Shown here piece after piece: positions 48,741-61,789 of a stretch of DNA of 64,000 bases. Within the stretch, counting starts at the first letter, position 1, and every line of letters starts with the position of its first letter. The notes below the pieces were generated by a model that saw nothing but the letters and a program-made list of their open reading frames with translations, searched no databases and had not been told where the DNA came from. The translations under genes and the position numbers were made by a program. Origin of the DNA: Octopus bimaculoides (lineage: Eukaryota); contig NC_068998.1 in NCBI RefSeq assembly GCF_001194135.2, forward strand, positions 39,743,085 through 39,807,084, in the 5' to 3' direction.

Positions 48741-51700
48741 GTAAGTTGATATTTATTTGTTTCATTCTTTAATTGTTCTTCAATTTGTACTGAGTAATAA
48801 TTACTTGACTTTTTTTTAGCTGTGAATTATTTCATCTGATATCAATGTCAGACGACACTTGTAGCAATCTGGCAAAGTGTCGTCTGACATAGATTTACTA
48901 AAATTTGTTACCCGAATCTTGCTTCAGACTATTTTTGTATATGCAAGTATTTTATTGGCCCAGTCTCTAATTGTGTAGAATCTATCATTCATTTGCTCTT
49001 TATTTCTTTTTTTTTTCCTTTTTAAAACACAACAAAAGTATATAAACCTTATTTATAATTTTTACATCATCACGACGTCGAAGACTAAATCTTTACCCTT
49101 TTGTGCTGCTTTCCTGGCAAAAAAATCTCTCTTTACCCTTTTCTTAACTTTAACTGTAATTAGGTTTCGTCTGGTTGTTACCAGACGAAACTTAATTACA
49201 GTTAACAAAACAAAAATTTATCAAACGCACAACAATAACAGATTGTTATGTCAGAATACGAAAATATTCGTAATCCTTTTCTCTGAAACCATAGGAATTT
49301 ATCGAGCGAACAAGAAAATGGGGCTCAGCGAATCCTTTGACCTGTGAGAAATAGCAACCAAATTCTTTAAATGACACCCTATTTTTTTGAGGAAAAAAAA
49401 AAGGAAAGATGCATTGGAGAATGTAGAACCTGTAGCAAGAACAACTTTTAATAACATGAAGGTGCTCCTTTCGGGGTGTCCATAAAACAAGCACTAGTTG
49501 AGCACTGGGGTCAGTGTAATCGACTTACCCTCTCCCCCGAAATTGTGCCAAAATTTTAAATTAATATGTCGGTGCTCATCAACTTAAAGGGTTTCCAGAA
49601 GAATCATGGGGAGGTAATCAATCAGGCTCTATATAACTAAAATAGCCTTTCCTCCCCCTATACTTTTTGTAAATCACGGGGTTTGTGTTGGTTAAAAGGA
49701 ATTGTATATATTCAAATATACTGCTTTAAAATAAAATCTTGGAGCACAATAAAATTAATAAAGGTTAATATTTACAAGTACACCGGCACGAAAATTCGAC
49801 CTTTTAAAAAAAAAATTTTTTTTTCTTAAATAATGATTAAAGAAAGGTTGATAATTAAAGACGGCTAAAGTACATTAAAAATCTAAAATATTTAGTATCA
49901 TTTTCCAAATTGTTTTTCTCTTCTTACAGACAACAATCGGCATGTGTTTATATGTGAACAATACTTAATTAGTTTTAACTGTTAACTAGGAAAAAATATT
50001 GTGTGGCATGTAAGCAATTACTTATCAAGTGATTTGGATGAATTCATCTGATGTAAATTACAGAAAAAGTTATACCCCGATCTGTTTATGTAACCGTATT
50101 CCATAAGTTGATGGAATTAAATACTCTAGCTACTAAATTACAAGAAAAAAACAACCAATCTGTTTATTAAACTATAAATTATGTTTATGAACAATTTTTT
50201 CTTCTGATAACATTTATGTGTATTTTGTATACATAAAGTTTGATCGAAGAGAAATTTCTAAATTTCTCGTCCGATTCTAAAGGTTTTTTTTCTTTCTTTT
50301 ATTCAAAGAATTGGCTGCATCGCAATTATCACACCTTGTCTTGTCTACTGATCCTATCAGTGGATGCGTACCCACCCATATGCTTGGACAGAGTTGACTG
50401 GGGCTAGATAACATGTTTAGAATGAGAGAGAGAGAGAGGATGAGGATGAGGATGAGGAGTTATAGTACAATACTACATGGAAGCTATAATAAAATTGGAT
50501 ATATTACAATGTCTAGTTTCCTAAGATTATTCTTGTTAGTTCAGACTACAATCTTGGGGGCCAAATAAAATACATACTGACAGCCAAGCCTATGCGGTCG
50601 TTTGACTTGTTAGATATTACAATCATATCTGAGTCGATTTCACAAAGAATAAATTTCTCTATTGGTCTGGAAACCAGAATCAATCTCATCAAACGTCTCT
50701 TATATAATAGTTTGATATTTGGTCAAAAGAAATACCCCTCCCCCTCTCTCTCTCTCTATCTATCTATATGTGTGTGTGTAATAAGCATATATTAGTTATG
50801 CTGTTATTGTTTAGCCCCTGGTCAGCCCTGATCTGGAAGAGTTGTAAATCATACTAAGAACTACTATCTGGATGAGTGGATGTGATAGATAAAATATATG
50901 GCAGCAATAGCAACAGAATCTCATTAAAATCACACCCTACTAACTGTGAATGCATAAAAAAACCTCCCAGAAAATACTTTAGAGAATCTGCTGTCCCAGA
51001 TCAAAAAAATACTAGATGGTCATGGCTGGAATGCCATTGATAATCCTATGTAATCATAATGTTCACATGAAGCTTAGGAACAACATTTATAAGTAGTAGT
51101 GCTGTAAATTGATGTATTGAATTACAGAGGCATCAATAAGTGGAACTGTTCAGTGTTAAGGAATTTCTCAATAGAGAATGTAGAAGCATATTTAATGAAT
51201 CAATGAGAGAGCTCTGTACTTTTGGCAGGCATTCCTATTAGAGATAACTGCTAAGTCTCCCTCAAATTAAACCCTACTGTCTTGAAAAGAGAGGGACACA
51301 TTGCACAATGCTGTCCCATATCCGAGAGAAGAATGAGATGGGCATAGCTGGAGTGTCTTTGATCATGGGTCTGCTCAGTCTAAGCCTGCTCTTAGGCTAA
51401 ACAATGACAATAGTAACTTGTTCATTTATGAGATGACAAGGTTGCCTGTTTTAGATTACTTAAACTGCACAGTATAATGGTGAAGTATACTTCTTTACCA
51501 TATAGCTATACCTGTTCCCAATATTATGTATTCTTTGCATTAATATCTATTAATTTCATCCAACTCTTCATTTAACAGCAGTTGGCTGGTTATATTGTGT
51601 AAAATAAAAACATTTTTAAATGCTGGTATATGGAGGGCATTGTGAATGAAAGGTGTCAACCAATGATGAAGGGGTTTTTCTATTATTCTCAAACGCCTAG

Positions 51701-52224
51701 TGCAGTTGCCAACTGTTTGAGATTTTACTATCAGAAATAGTCATCAACAGAGACATAGTGACTTCATAGGCTAGGAAAATGAAGTTTATTATGTTAATTT
51801 CTTTCTTAAAAGCATTTGTGCAATAAATAAAATAACTACACTGGGAGAATTGACTTTAGCCCATGGAATCAGTTTGTTGGGAATGTACAGCTTGTCGTTT
51901 ATGACTGTGCACCCTATGAATTATTGAGGTAACCTTTAGGTGAAGGCCCAACCTGCTTGAAACCTCCATTAAATGACAAGATGGTCTTAATTGAAATGAT
52001 CAACCCCTGACATGAAAACATAATCAAAAGCATTGATTCCAGATGTGATCACCCAATCTTTAAGTTTTAGGCTATGCAGGAATACATTGTTTAATGTCTT
52101 TTCCATATTTAAGATAGTAAGAGCATAATGTGTGAGAGATTTTACTGCTATTTTTAGTAGACAAAATTACCATGTTCAGACTTCCTCTTAATTGGAAATT
52201 TATGTGTGATTGCTTTTAAACACT

Positions 52225-52560
52225 CGTCCTGGGTTTATAAACCTTCAAGGAAACCAGTTGGACCTGCCTCAAATAATATCAGATTTTCTTGATATGTGAT
52301 CAGCCTGGTGCACTTTTGATCAGATGTCAGAAGATGTGGCACCCATTGAGCAGAAACCTTTATCATGCCAAGTTTATTGTGCTGAATATTCTCAACTATC
52401 TCACAAGATATGCTAATAGCATTGGCTATTTGATTTATTGTCAATCACTTGTCATCCATCAACATGTGGTGAATATGATCAATGTTTTCCTCAGTGGTGG
52501 CAGTTGCTGGACGAAACATTGAAATGAATGCATATAAGATTTCACAACTCCAGCATTAAT
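52225..52560 (-). mobile_element. Internal mariner transposase fragment
   Basis: TINQIANAISIS...HNKLGMIKVSAQWVPHLLTSDQK: HTH region plus the WVPHLL motif; no TIRs seen. Confidence 0.8.
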
Positions 52561-53004
52561 CTGTTGTAGTGCTGTTATACTACTCTCTGTTTCTTTCTCT
52601 TTCTAATACTGTAGGAAAAAATGAGTTTCTTATCCTCATGATATATTTGTGTGTGTGCATACACACACACACACACACAAAGTGGATGGACTAAAAACGA
52701 AGAAAATATTGTTACATAAGGTTCAAGGTTATGACTGTTTCAAATGGCTTGATGAACTGTTTCATCACTATATAATTAATTGATTAATTAATGAAACAGT
52801 TAGCCCTCAACCAATCTTGTCAGACCTTAAATTCATGATAGATTTTCAGTTTCCAACAAACATGTATTGTAGTTATAAACATCAAGAACTCTTCATTCGG
52901 ATAATACAGTAGAAAATGTAGATGACCGACATATCCGATTATTACCTTCCTTGATTTAGTATAAACTATTTGTTGTGTGTACAGCTGTTGTAGAACTGTT
53001 ATGC

Positions 53005-53043
<39 letters not shown>

Positions 53044-53044
53044 T

Positions 53045-53387
53045 ATAAAAAATCAAAATAAGCAACACGGATTTTAAAGATGATTGCAGTACGCACGTTT
53101 CATACTACTCCATTTATTTAAGTAATGCGAGCATTACATTAAATGCAATATGTAGAGCAATCTTCAGCTGCACGAAAATGTAGAAAATCACAGTAGAATA
53201 GACATAATTTTGCCACAATTATAATATGTCTATTCTACTGTAATTTTCTGCATTTTCGTGCAGCTGAAGATTGCTCTATATATTGCATTTAATGTAATGC
53301 TCGCATTACTTAAATAAATGGAGTAGTATGAAACGTGCGTACTGCAATCATCTTTAAAATCCGTGTTGCTTATTTTGATTTTTTTAT
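53045..53387. mobile_element. Long fold-back element, about 160-bp near-perfect arms
   Basis: AAATCAAAATAAGCAACACGGATTTTAAAGATGATTGCAGTACGCACGTTTCATACTACTCC...GTAGAATAGACATA pairs with its reverse complement across a loop of about 20 nt; abuts a (TA)n tract. Confidence 0.9.
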
Positions 53388-55999
53388 CACCTCGTTTTTG
53401 GAATGGTTTTTGTATAATACCATACCACACTATATTCTGGTGCCTAAACATAAGTACCATATTCAATTTTGAATCTAAATCTAAACCTTTTATATATATA
53501 TTATATCAAATATTTATATATACAGCCATAGCAGTGGTACTGTTTTGCTACTATCTGTATGTGACAGTTTAATTAATGTCCTGTCACAGCACTGACTGTT
53601 TTCCCAATATTTCTACTTGACATCAAACTGGATAGAACCAGCATTGCTGTCTTCTACTCCCTCTATCTCTCTGTCTCTATCTATCACACATCATTAATTC
53701 CTCATTTTCTGGTTGTTCTCTCTTTTTCTATTCTATATTTACAGTGTTTCTATTATTCTCTCTCTCTCATCATGTAGTGTTCTACCTGTCTTCATCCCTG
53801 TATTCTCTGCACCAATTCTCTCTGCTGGCTCGCTATTTCTCCTCATTCAGTCATCTCCTCTACCAATTCATCTCTCAATTTCAATGAGATTAACTTGTGA
53901 TTTACATTTAGATAGTCTCATCTATCTCTCCCCTCACTCTTTTCTCCCTTCCTTTGTCTATTATACTCTCTCTTTCATTTCTCTACAACACCCCCTCTCT
54001 CTCTCTTTCTCTGTCTGTCTGTCTCTCTCTCTGTCTCCCACACACTTCTTTCCCAGCCCCCATCCTCTGCAAACACTTTATGTCTCCGTTCTTTACCTCA
54101 TTATTTATTCTCCAGGTTGTGAATTTACATTTATTAGAACATCAGATACAATACCTCCTAGTAATTGTTCTGACTCTCTAGGCTCTGAGATCAAATCCTG
54201 CTGAGGTCAGCATTGCCTGGTCAATAAAACAGTGCACCAGTGAAGAGTAGTGGGTTAGAGGAACTTTAAGAATGGTGGACCAGGTGCTTTGCTGTATTTA
54301 GTTCTGGCTCAAAGAGCCATCTTGTCATAGTCTAAAGGAGTTGTTGTCATCATCATAATCATCTTTTAACATCCTTTTTCCATTCTGGTTAGATGGTTTG
54401 ACTGGGACTGGTAAACTGGAGAGCTGCACCAGGCTCCAATTGTTCGCTTTGGCTTAGTTTCTATGGCTGGATGCCCTTCCTAATGCCAATCACTTTACAG
54501 AGTGTACAAGGTGTTTTTGATGTCACCAACACTGGTACCTGTTATGCATCACCCAGTTTAACGCAATCACCACCACCTGGAACCATGGGTTCCTATAATG
54601 GATGGACCCCACTCTGTTTTAAGCATTTAGGCAGATCTCTGGTTTGAGAATATCTTCTTCCTACCAGTCTCCACTCCCTGTAAAAGTGTCCTAGGTACTG
54701 CCCTTCCCCCTTGACTCAAAAAAAAAAAAAAAATTCCCTTTCCTCCATCACCCTTCTTTAACTTCTCTGCTGTTATATCTTTCCAACTATTGTCTTTTTC
54801 TCCTTATCACTTTCCCTCTCGCCTCTTTCTTTTTTCCTTTCTTTTCATCATTATTTATTCTTGCTCTCTTATCGATTCTTTCCCCTCTCTCTTTCTCATT
54901 CTATCTTTATTTCTTTCTTCCTTCTCCTCCCCCTCCTTTCCTCCTACCTCCATCTCTCACTCTTACTTTGGATTCCTCCACTCCACCCGTCTGTCACAAC
55001 TGCCTCACTGTCTCCACCACTGCCACTATATTTCTCTACATTTTGGCATCAGATGCCCCTCACCCCCAACTGCTCTGCTCCACTCCTGGTGCTGTCATTC
55101 TTTCTGCTGCTGCTGATGCAACCTGTCACATGTGAATCAATAGGGAATGGAAATCAGAGGTAGTGGCGACGGGGTGGGGTGGAAGGACTCATTAGTTCTT
55201 TATTTTTTGTTCTCAATAACAGCAATGACAACCAATGAGGAAGCTTTTATGAGGCTGCTGGTGGACCTGCTAGAAATAGCAATGAAATATCTCTCTGATT
55301 TTCACTCTATAGTCTGATAAAGAAAAGGAATGTTGAACAATGTAGTCTTTGATTAAAAAAGAAAAAAGAAAAAGCAATAAAGGATAGTTGTGGTTGGAAA
55401 GCTTTTGATCATAAATCTGCTGGATTATGTCTGACCAATGGTTAAATAACCAATGTCAACAGCAGCAGTAACTTTTTGTTTTGATCTAATCAGTCTGTTC
55501 CTATTCAAAGGATTTAAAGTATTGATTATGTCTGTTTGTCCATTGGACACTGTCCATTTGTATGTCATCATCACAATCACCACCACTGTCATTATCATCA
55601 TCATAACCACTATCACCATCATCACCATCTATAGGAAGCTAGACACTTCAAATCTATACTGTAGTCTCACACAGCCATCTATGTGAATATCTGTGGATGT
55701 CAGTGGATATAGTAGTAGTAGTAGTAGACTTTTCTGAGATTTAAGACCTAAGTCCTGTTTATAAAAATACCACAAGATGATATTTTCTCAGAAAGAGAGG
55801 AAAAGAAAATAGAAAGATTGGTATTCTGAATATTTGGAGTTTTTCATATTTCTTGTTCTACCAAGGTCAACTTTACCTTTCATTCTTCCAAGACTGATAA
55901 AATCTAGTAGCAGTCCAATTCAGTGTCAGTGGTGTCAACGAATTCCTTCCCCTCAGAATTGCTGGACTACTTTGTCCCTAAATCAGAAACCATAAGGAC

Positions 56000-56212
56000 A
56001 GTAAGCTGACAGAATCATTAGAGCATTGGGAAAATTGTTTTGTGGTTTTTGTTTCAACTCTTCATGTTTTGAGTTCAAATCCTGTTGAGATCAACTTTGC
56101 TTTTTATTCCTCTAGCAGTCATTAAAATGAAGTACCAGTCGAATACTGGGATCAGTATAAAAAAACTTTCCTTACACACTCATAATTGCTGGCCTTGTGT
56201 TAGAATTTGTAA
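56000..56212 (+). mobile_element. SINE family A copy
   Basis: AAGCTGACAGAATCATTAG...GAGTTCAAATCCTG...AAGTACCAGTCGAATACTGGG. Confidence 0.7.
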
Positions 56213-56629
56213 CCACTGTTATTGTTGCCATCATCATCATCACCAGGGTAGAGATGACATAATTAGTGGAGCATTAAACAAAATACTTTGAAGAATTTAG
56301 TTATGTTGTCTTCATGTTCTTAGCTTGAATCCATCAGGGATAACTTTGCCACTAAATTATCATCAGGGGTAACATTGCTGCTCAATCTTTGCTCTCTTCA
56401 TCAGGAGTAGCTTTGCTTTGCCACTCAAATGCAATACCCACCTAGTCACCAAACATATGGCCTTCCTATGCTAGAAACCAACATTATTTCACTACTATTA
56501 TATTGCCAAAGACTGAGTCTTTGCATTCTCTTATACTCAATTCCTCACAGTGATGCCTGGTGCATGTTTTTAGGCCCTACTTTTGCATCATCTGAAAGGA
56601 TGTAAAAACTAAATGTTATAATCAGACAT

Positions 56630-56837
56630 ATTGGTTTCAAATTTTGGCACAAGGCCAGCAATTTCAGGGAAGTTGATTATATTGACCTCTGTGCTCAACT
56701 GGAACTTATTTTATTATCCCTGAAGGGATGAAAGGCAGAGTCAACCTAGGTGGAATTTGAACTCAGAACATAAAGACGGAGAAAATGCCACTAAACATTT
56801 TGTCCAGCACACTAACATTTCTGCCAGCTCACCACCT
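56630..56837 (-). mobile_element. SINE family A copy
   Basis: Reverse copy ending GGAATTTGAACTCAGAAC...CTGCCAGCTCACCACC. Confidence 0.8.
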
Positions 56838-57473
56838 TATTATAATCGGACATTTAGTTATAGATATCAAATCACATCAAGAAAACAATATCATGTGAAA
56901 GGAGAACTATATACATCAGTCTGTGGCAAGTGTCTAGTCATGATTGTGAATCTAAGATGTCAGAAATATTAGTCAAATAATATCATGAGAAAATATAACT
57001 ATATATATATGTTGTGTGCCCCTGGCAGTTAGCTATTATAGAGGTAACAATCTCTTATAAGTTAATTTGAGGCAGAAAGCAAAGTTTGGAATTTATATCA
57101 AAGAGTAAAGTAGGTGTACATAGAATATACATTTAATATAGTTTTTTTCTACACATTCTAAAATTCTTAAAAGTTTCTAATTGTTGGTAGCCATGTATAG
57201 TGTCATTTCATTCTTCTTTGGAATCATCATCATAGCATAACTTGAGACAAATGAAGCCAAATTCAGCTTTTTTATGAAGTTAGACATTTCTTATAGAAAG
57301 GAAATACTTCACCCTGTGGTGAGTGTTTGGTTACCATTGTGAGTCAGTCTTTCCAGTTAAACAATAATATAAGAAAGCAAGACTTTATACTTCAGGCTGT
57401 GGCTAGTGTGTGATTGCTGTTGTGACATGATTTATAGTAAAACTTAACCTCTATCTTCTTTTTTGTTCTACAG

Positions 57474-57583
57474 GCCCAGTATGAAGATTACCGTTGCAAG
57501 TGTGTCTGTCCATCACAGACTGTTGTCAATGCCACAGAAACTGGACGCAAGGTTTATATAAAGAAGGTCAACCCTAACCAGTG
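57474..57583 (+). CDS. TMEM9: TMEM9-family exon 2
   Basis: CAG acceptor ends at 57473; AQYEDYRCKCVCPSQTVVNATETGRKVYIKKVNPNQ(C), with the family RCKCxCP motif; phase-2 donor GTAAGT at 57584. Confidence 0.92.
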
Positions 57584-57967
57584 GTAAGTTTTGTCTGTTG
57601 GTCATTAGAGTGGTTGTTGGTCAAATGGTTGACTGAACTGATCATGTTGTAGCTGAGAGTGTTGTGTTGGGTCACTTTCTAACTATATATAGTCACTTAC
57701 ATAAGTGTCTAAGTTTATGTTACTGTAGTTCCACTGATATAACTGTATGTCTGTAGTGTCTCTGATATAACAGTGTGTGTCTTTGTGAGACTAGTTTTAC
57801 TAGTATGTCCAGTGTGCGTGTGCGCGTGTGAGAGAGAGAAAGAGAGACTGATATAACAGTGTGTGTTTGTATGATTGTACTGACTGTATTATTAATATAA
57901 CTGTGTGTGAAGGTTGTTGCTTCTTTGCTATATGACTGGTGCTATTTTAATATAATGCACATAAAAT

Positions 57968-58162
57968 GGCAAGCTGGCAGAATCATTAGCACCCTGGACG
58001 AAATGCTGCTAAGCATTTTGTCCATCTGAGTTCAAATTCCGCTAAGGTAGATTTTGCTTTCATCCTTTTGGGGTTGATAAATTAAGTACCAGTTGAGCAC
58101 TGGGGTAATTGACTAGCTCCCCTTCCTCAAGATTTCAGGCCTTGTGCCTAAAATAAAAAGAA
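57968..58162 (+). mobile_element. SINE family A copy in TMEM9 intron 2
   Basis: GGCAAGCTGGCAGAATCATTAGC...GAGTTCAAATTCCGC...AGGCCTTGTGCC. Further degenerate copies lie at about 12209-12322, 24620-25020, 46400-46490, 49490-49550, 55860-55990 and 63770-63915. Confidence 0.8.
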
Positions 58163-58296
58163 TTATAATATAACACGTGTATTACAGTATAATGTTTGTG
58201 TGTGGTGTAATTAGATGTAGAAGCTGTTATAGTTGTGATGATATTCTTGAGTATGTAACAAAAGATTGACTTTTATTGTGTTTTTTTCTTTTGTAG

Positions 58297-58396
58297 CAAA
58301 TGTGAAGATGTTGTCTGGCCTCTGCCTGAGAAGGCCACAGAATTCTGTCCTCGCTGTGAGTGCAAGTATCAGAGTAGAAATGTCACTCTGATAAAG
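58297..58396 (+). CDS. TMEM9: TMEM9-family exon 3
   Basis: TTGTAG acceptor; (C)KCEDVVWPLPEKATEFCPRCECKYQSRNVTLIK, with the family CxxCECKY-x-x-RN motif; phase-0 donor AAG|GTAAAC. Confidence 0.92.
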
Positions 58397-58968
58397 GTAA
58401 ACTCTGGTTTATTATTTACATTAGTGGTAGTGGTGGTGGTAACAGTGATGATTGTAGTTGTAGTAGCAGTGGTAGTCTTCATCATCATCGTCACATGGCT
58501 GCTTTCTATGCTGGCATGGGTTGGATGGTTTGACAGGAGATGCCTCAGGCTCCATTGTCTGTTTTCGCATAGTTTCTACAGCTGAATGTCTTTCCTAACT
58601 CCAACCACTTTACAGAGTGTATTGGGTGCTTTCAACGTGGCACCAGTACATTTTACATGGCACCAGCACCCACAGGGTCACCAAGTGCTTTGCAAGTCAA
58701 AAACCCCTCAACTGGGAGTGGGGAATAGTGTTGTGGGAGTGTGGCTTTGTACCAGTTGAAGCATTTTCTCCAACACCTTCATGATTCTTTCTTTGCTTTT
58801 CCATCAGTCCAAAAAGAAAAAAGAAACCAAAAAAAAAAAAATGAAGGGAAAGGGGAAAAAGAAAAACCTTATATTTTCAGTTGTCTTTTTTCTTTGCTAT
58901 TTTGTTCATGAACGATTTATTTATCAACGGTTGTTTTTAACCGATGTAATCTCTGTTTTGTTTTACAG

Positions 58969-59091
58969 ATTATGGTGACCATTATAATATGTGTGGTGTC
59001 ATTGCTGTTTGTCTACATGGTGTTCCTGCTCTGTCTGGATCCTTTGCTTGTCAAGAAACCAGGTCGCTACCAAGAGCAGACAAATGAGGAG
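58969..59091 (+). CDS. TMEM9: TMEM9-family exon 4 (transmembrane segment); terminal exon not found in the window
   Basis: TTACAG acceptor; IMVTIIICVVSLLFVYMVFLLCLDPLLVKKPGRYQEQTNEE, with the family YM-x-FL-x-x-x-DP motif; donor GAG|GTGAAT at 59092. TMEM9 versus TMEM9B cannot be distinguished. Confidence 0.9.
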
Positions 59092-59317
59092 GTGAATTTG
59101 GTAAACACTATGGCAACGGATTATGACGCCTTTTTCTTCTTACTAAGCCTTTCTTTTCAAGTTCCGTGCCAACTAGCTGCAGACCAGTCAGTTAGGGGTT
59201 CTAGCAGATCTCTGTCTGTCTCTCTCTATACATATTTAGGTGCTCTTGTGGTTGGTTGATTAATGTTGTCTTTGGTTTCATATTCCATGCTAGCCATCAG
59301 GAGACCACTCTGTTAAG

Positions 59318-59320
<3 letters not shown>

Positions 59321-59352
<32 letters not shown>

Positions 59353-59426
59353 NNNNNNNNNNNNNNNNNNNNNNNNNNNNNNNNNNNNNNNNNNNNNNNN
59401 NNNATATGTATGTATTTATGTATATG

Positions 59427-59479
<53 letters not shown>

Positions 59480-59556
59480 ATATGTATGTATTTATGTATA
59501 TGTATGTATATATATATATATATATATATGTGTATATGTATGTATTTATGTATATG

Positions 59557-59594
<38 letters not shown>

Positions 59595-59886
59595 TATATA
59601 TATATGTGTATATGTATGTATTTATGTATATGTATGTATATATATATGTATATGTATGTATTTATGTATGTGTATATGTATGTATGTATATATGTATATG
59701 TATGTATTTATGTATATATATATGTATTTATGTATATATATATGTGTATATATATATATGTATATATATGTGTATATGTATATAAGTATATGTATGTGTA
59801 TATATGTGTGTGTATATATATATATACATATGTATGTACGTGTATATACATACACGCATATATAGATAGACAGACAGACAGGTAGG

Positions 59887-59920
<34 letters not shown>
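59321..59920. repeat. Long (TA)n/(TATG)n/(GATA)n compound tract with a 50-N gap (59353-59402)
   Basis: Visible directly. Confidence 0.95.
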
Positions 59921-59921
<1 letters not shown>

Positions 59922-60629
59922 ATTTAGAGGCTCTTAGTTTGTGTCTCATTAGTTTATTTTTTGTTTTGTCTGTTTGGATTCACATTCCATACTAGCTCAC
60001 AGTAAACCAGTCTGTTAAGGGAGCATATATATATATATATATATAGGAACTTAGTTAATATTTTACTAGTTTATTGATTCATTTTGTCTGTGTTTGGTAT
60101 CAGTATATTTATTATATTTGCTGTATTATTTGTGACGTTTCAGTTAAGGTTTAACCATATAAGGCAATAAATAGTGGCTAAGACCATTGGCAATGACCAA
60201 GGTTGGAATTTATGTCATAAGGAAACAATAATATTAGTGAAGAGCAAGTGTCATTTTCATGTTTTTTGCAAGTATAGGAGACAGCTCTGGATATGTTTTA
60301 GTTTTATTCTAATCCCATCAGTGAAGCATAGCTTTACTTTATTTGCTGAAGTTGGGATGAATGACTCCTTATGTAACAAAGGTACAAGATTGTATATTTA
60401 TTACTCTGCAGAAAAATAGAATTGCTTAGAGATTAGCTGAATCAAAGATGCCATTCAATTGAAAGGTATTAGTTAATTTGGTGTAAACATATTTGATGTA
60501 GTGAATATAAAAAAGCTAAAATAATAATATTGTGGTAATGAAAGAAAATATTTTTCTATCTGACAAATATTTGTCTTTTCACATGGAGCAATTAAGAGAG
60601 ACAACTTCAGACATGTTCATCTGTTTAGA

Positions 60630-60802
60630 GCTTTTTGGGGCAAACTATAGCCTGTAGGTCACATATGGTCAGCAGAACTTTCTGAATGATGTGCCTAATG
60701 GAAAATTACTTTCAGATTTCTTAGTATAGCAGCCTGCCTGATGATGAGTCATGTCTTGTGGATTGCATTTCTAAAAAGGTTGCCCATTCCTGGTTTAGAG
60801 GT
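60630..60802. mobile_element. Degenerate Charlie-like hAT MITE
   Basis: Ends GGGCAAACTATAGCCTG and AAAAGGTTGCCCATTCCTG resemble Charlie-type termini; left end eroded. Confidence 0.45.
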
Positions 60803-61789
60803 TATTTATAATATTCTGCAGAGAATATTCTAGAATTCAGGAATGGCATGTCTTGTGTATTCTACTGTCACATGTGACAACAATGTTGATATGGTGTAGT
60901 ATAGGTATTGTTTGTATATATTAAGTTTTGGGCGTATTCACTGCACTGTAGTATGCTATATATCATCATCATCAAGTAATGTCCATGTTCCATGCTGGCA
61001 TGGGTTGGATGGTCAAGAGGATCCAATGGGTCCAGGGACTACATCATGCTCCAGTATCTGCTTTGGCAAGGTTTCTGCACTTGGATGTCCTTCATAATGC
61101 CAGCTACTTCACAGCATGTACTAAATGCTTTTTTCATGCTACCAGCACTGTTAAGGTTACTATGCAGCTCACAAAGATACAAACCCTGAGGGCGCAGGAG
61201 CTGCTTTATCCTAAGGGATGATGGGTTAAAGCATGAAAGAGGTAGTGGGGTGCAGCAGGTTCTTGTTCAGCTACTCACATTTATTTAGAAGAGGGGGAGA
61301 GAACTGCCAGTAGGAGTTGTGAAGAGTTAGTGGAGATGAAGTGTATGGTGAGCAGGAGGCAGGCTGTGACTGTAAAGATTGGGTAAGGTTAAAGGGTGGT
61401 TAGCAGGATAGTAATGATGGTACAGTTCTCAGTGGGTTGGAGGACAAGAGAGATAGAGATGGCGTATTGGGTAGTGTGGTATTTTTCACTGTGATGTAGT
61501 GTGGTATGGTTTATTCCACTGTGTTGTAGTGCAGTATTTCCCTTTGTGGTGCAATAGTAGTGTTGTATATTGTATTGTGATGTAGTGTTAAATAATCTAC
61601 TGTAGTGTTGTATATTCTATATTGTAGTTTAGTGTATTGCGATGTGATCTGGAATATCCTAGAATGGTCCTTTGTAAAGTGGTGTTATGTGGATTACCAG
61701 TGTTAGTAAAAAATAATGGTGACGATTGCAGTTTCAGATTGCCAAGATGAAGATTCTGTCATTTCCTTGTCATTCTTCTGAGTTTAAAC

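Noticed and set aside
59256-59949. ORFs rich in YI/CV/HT dipeptides (also 6116-7008, 21302-21713, 62504-62866)
   Set aside because: Translations of microsatellites.
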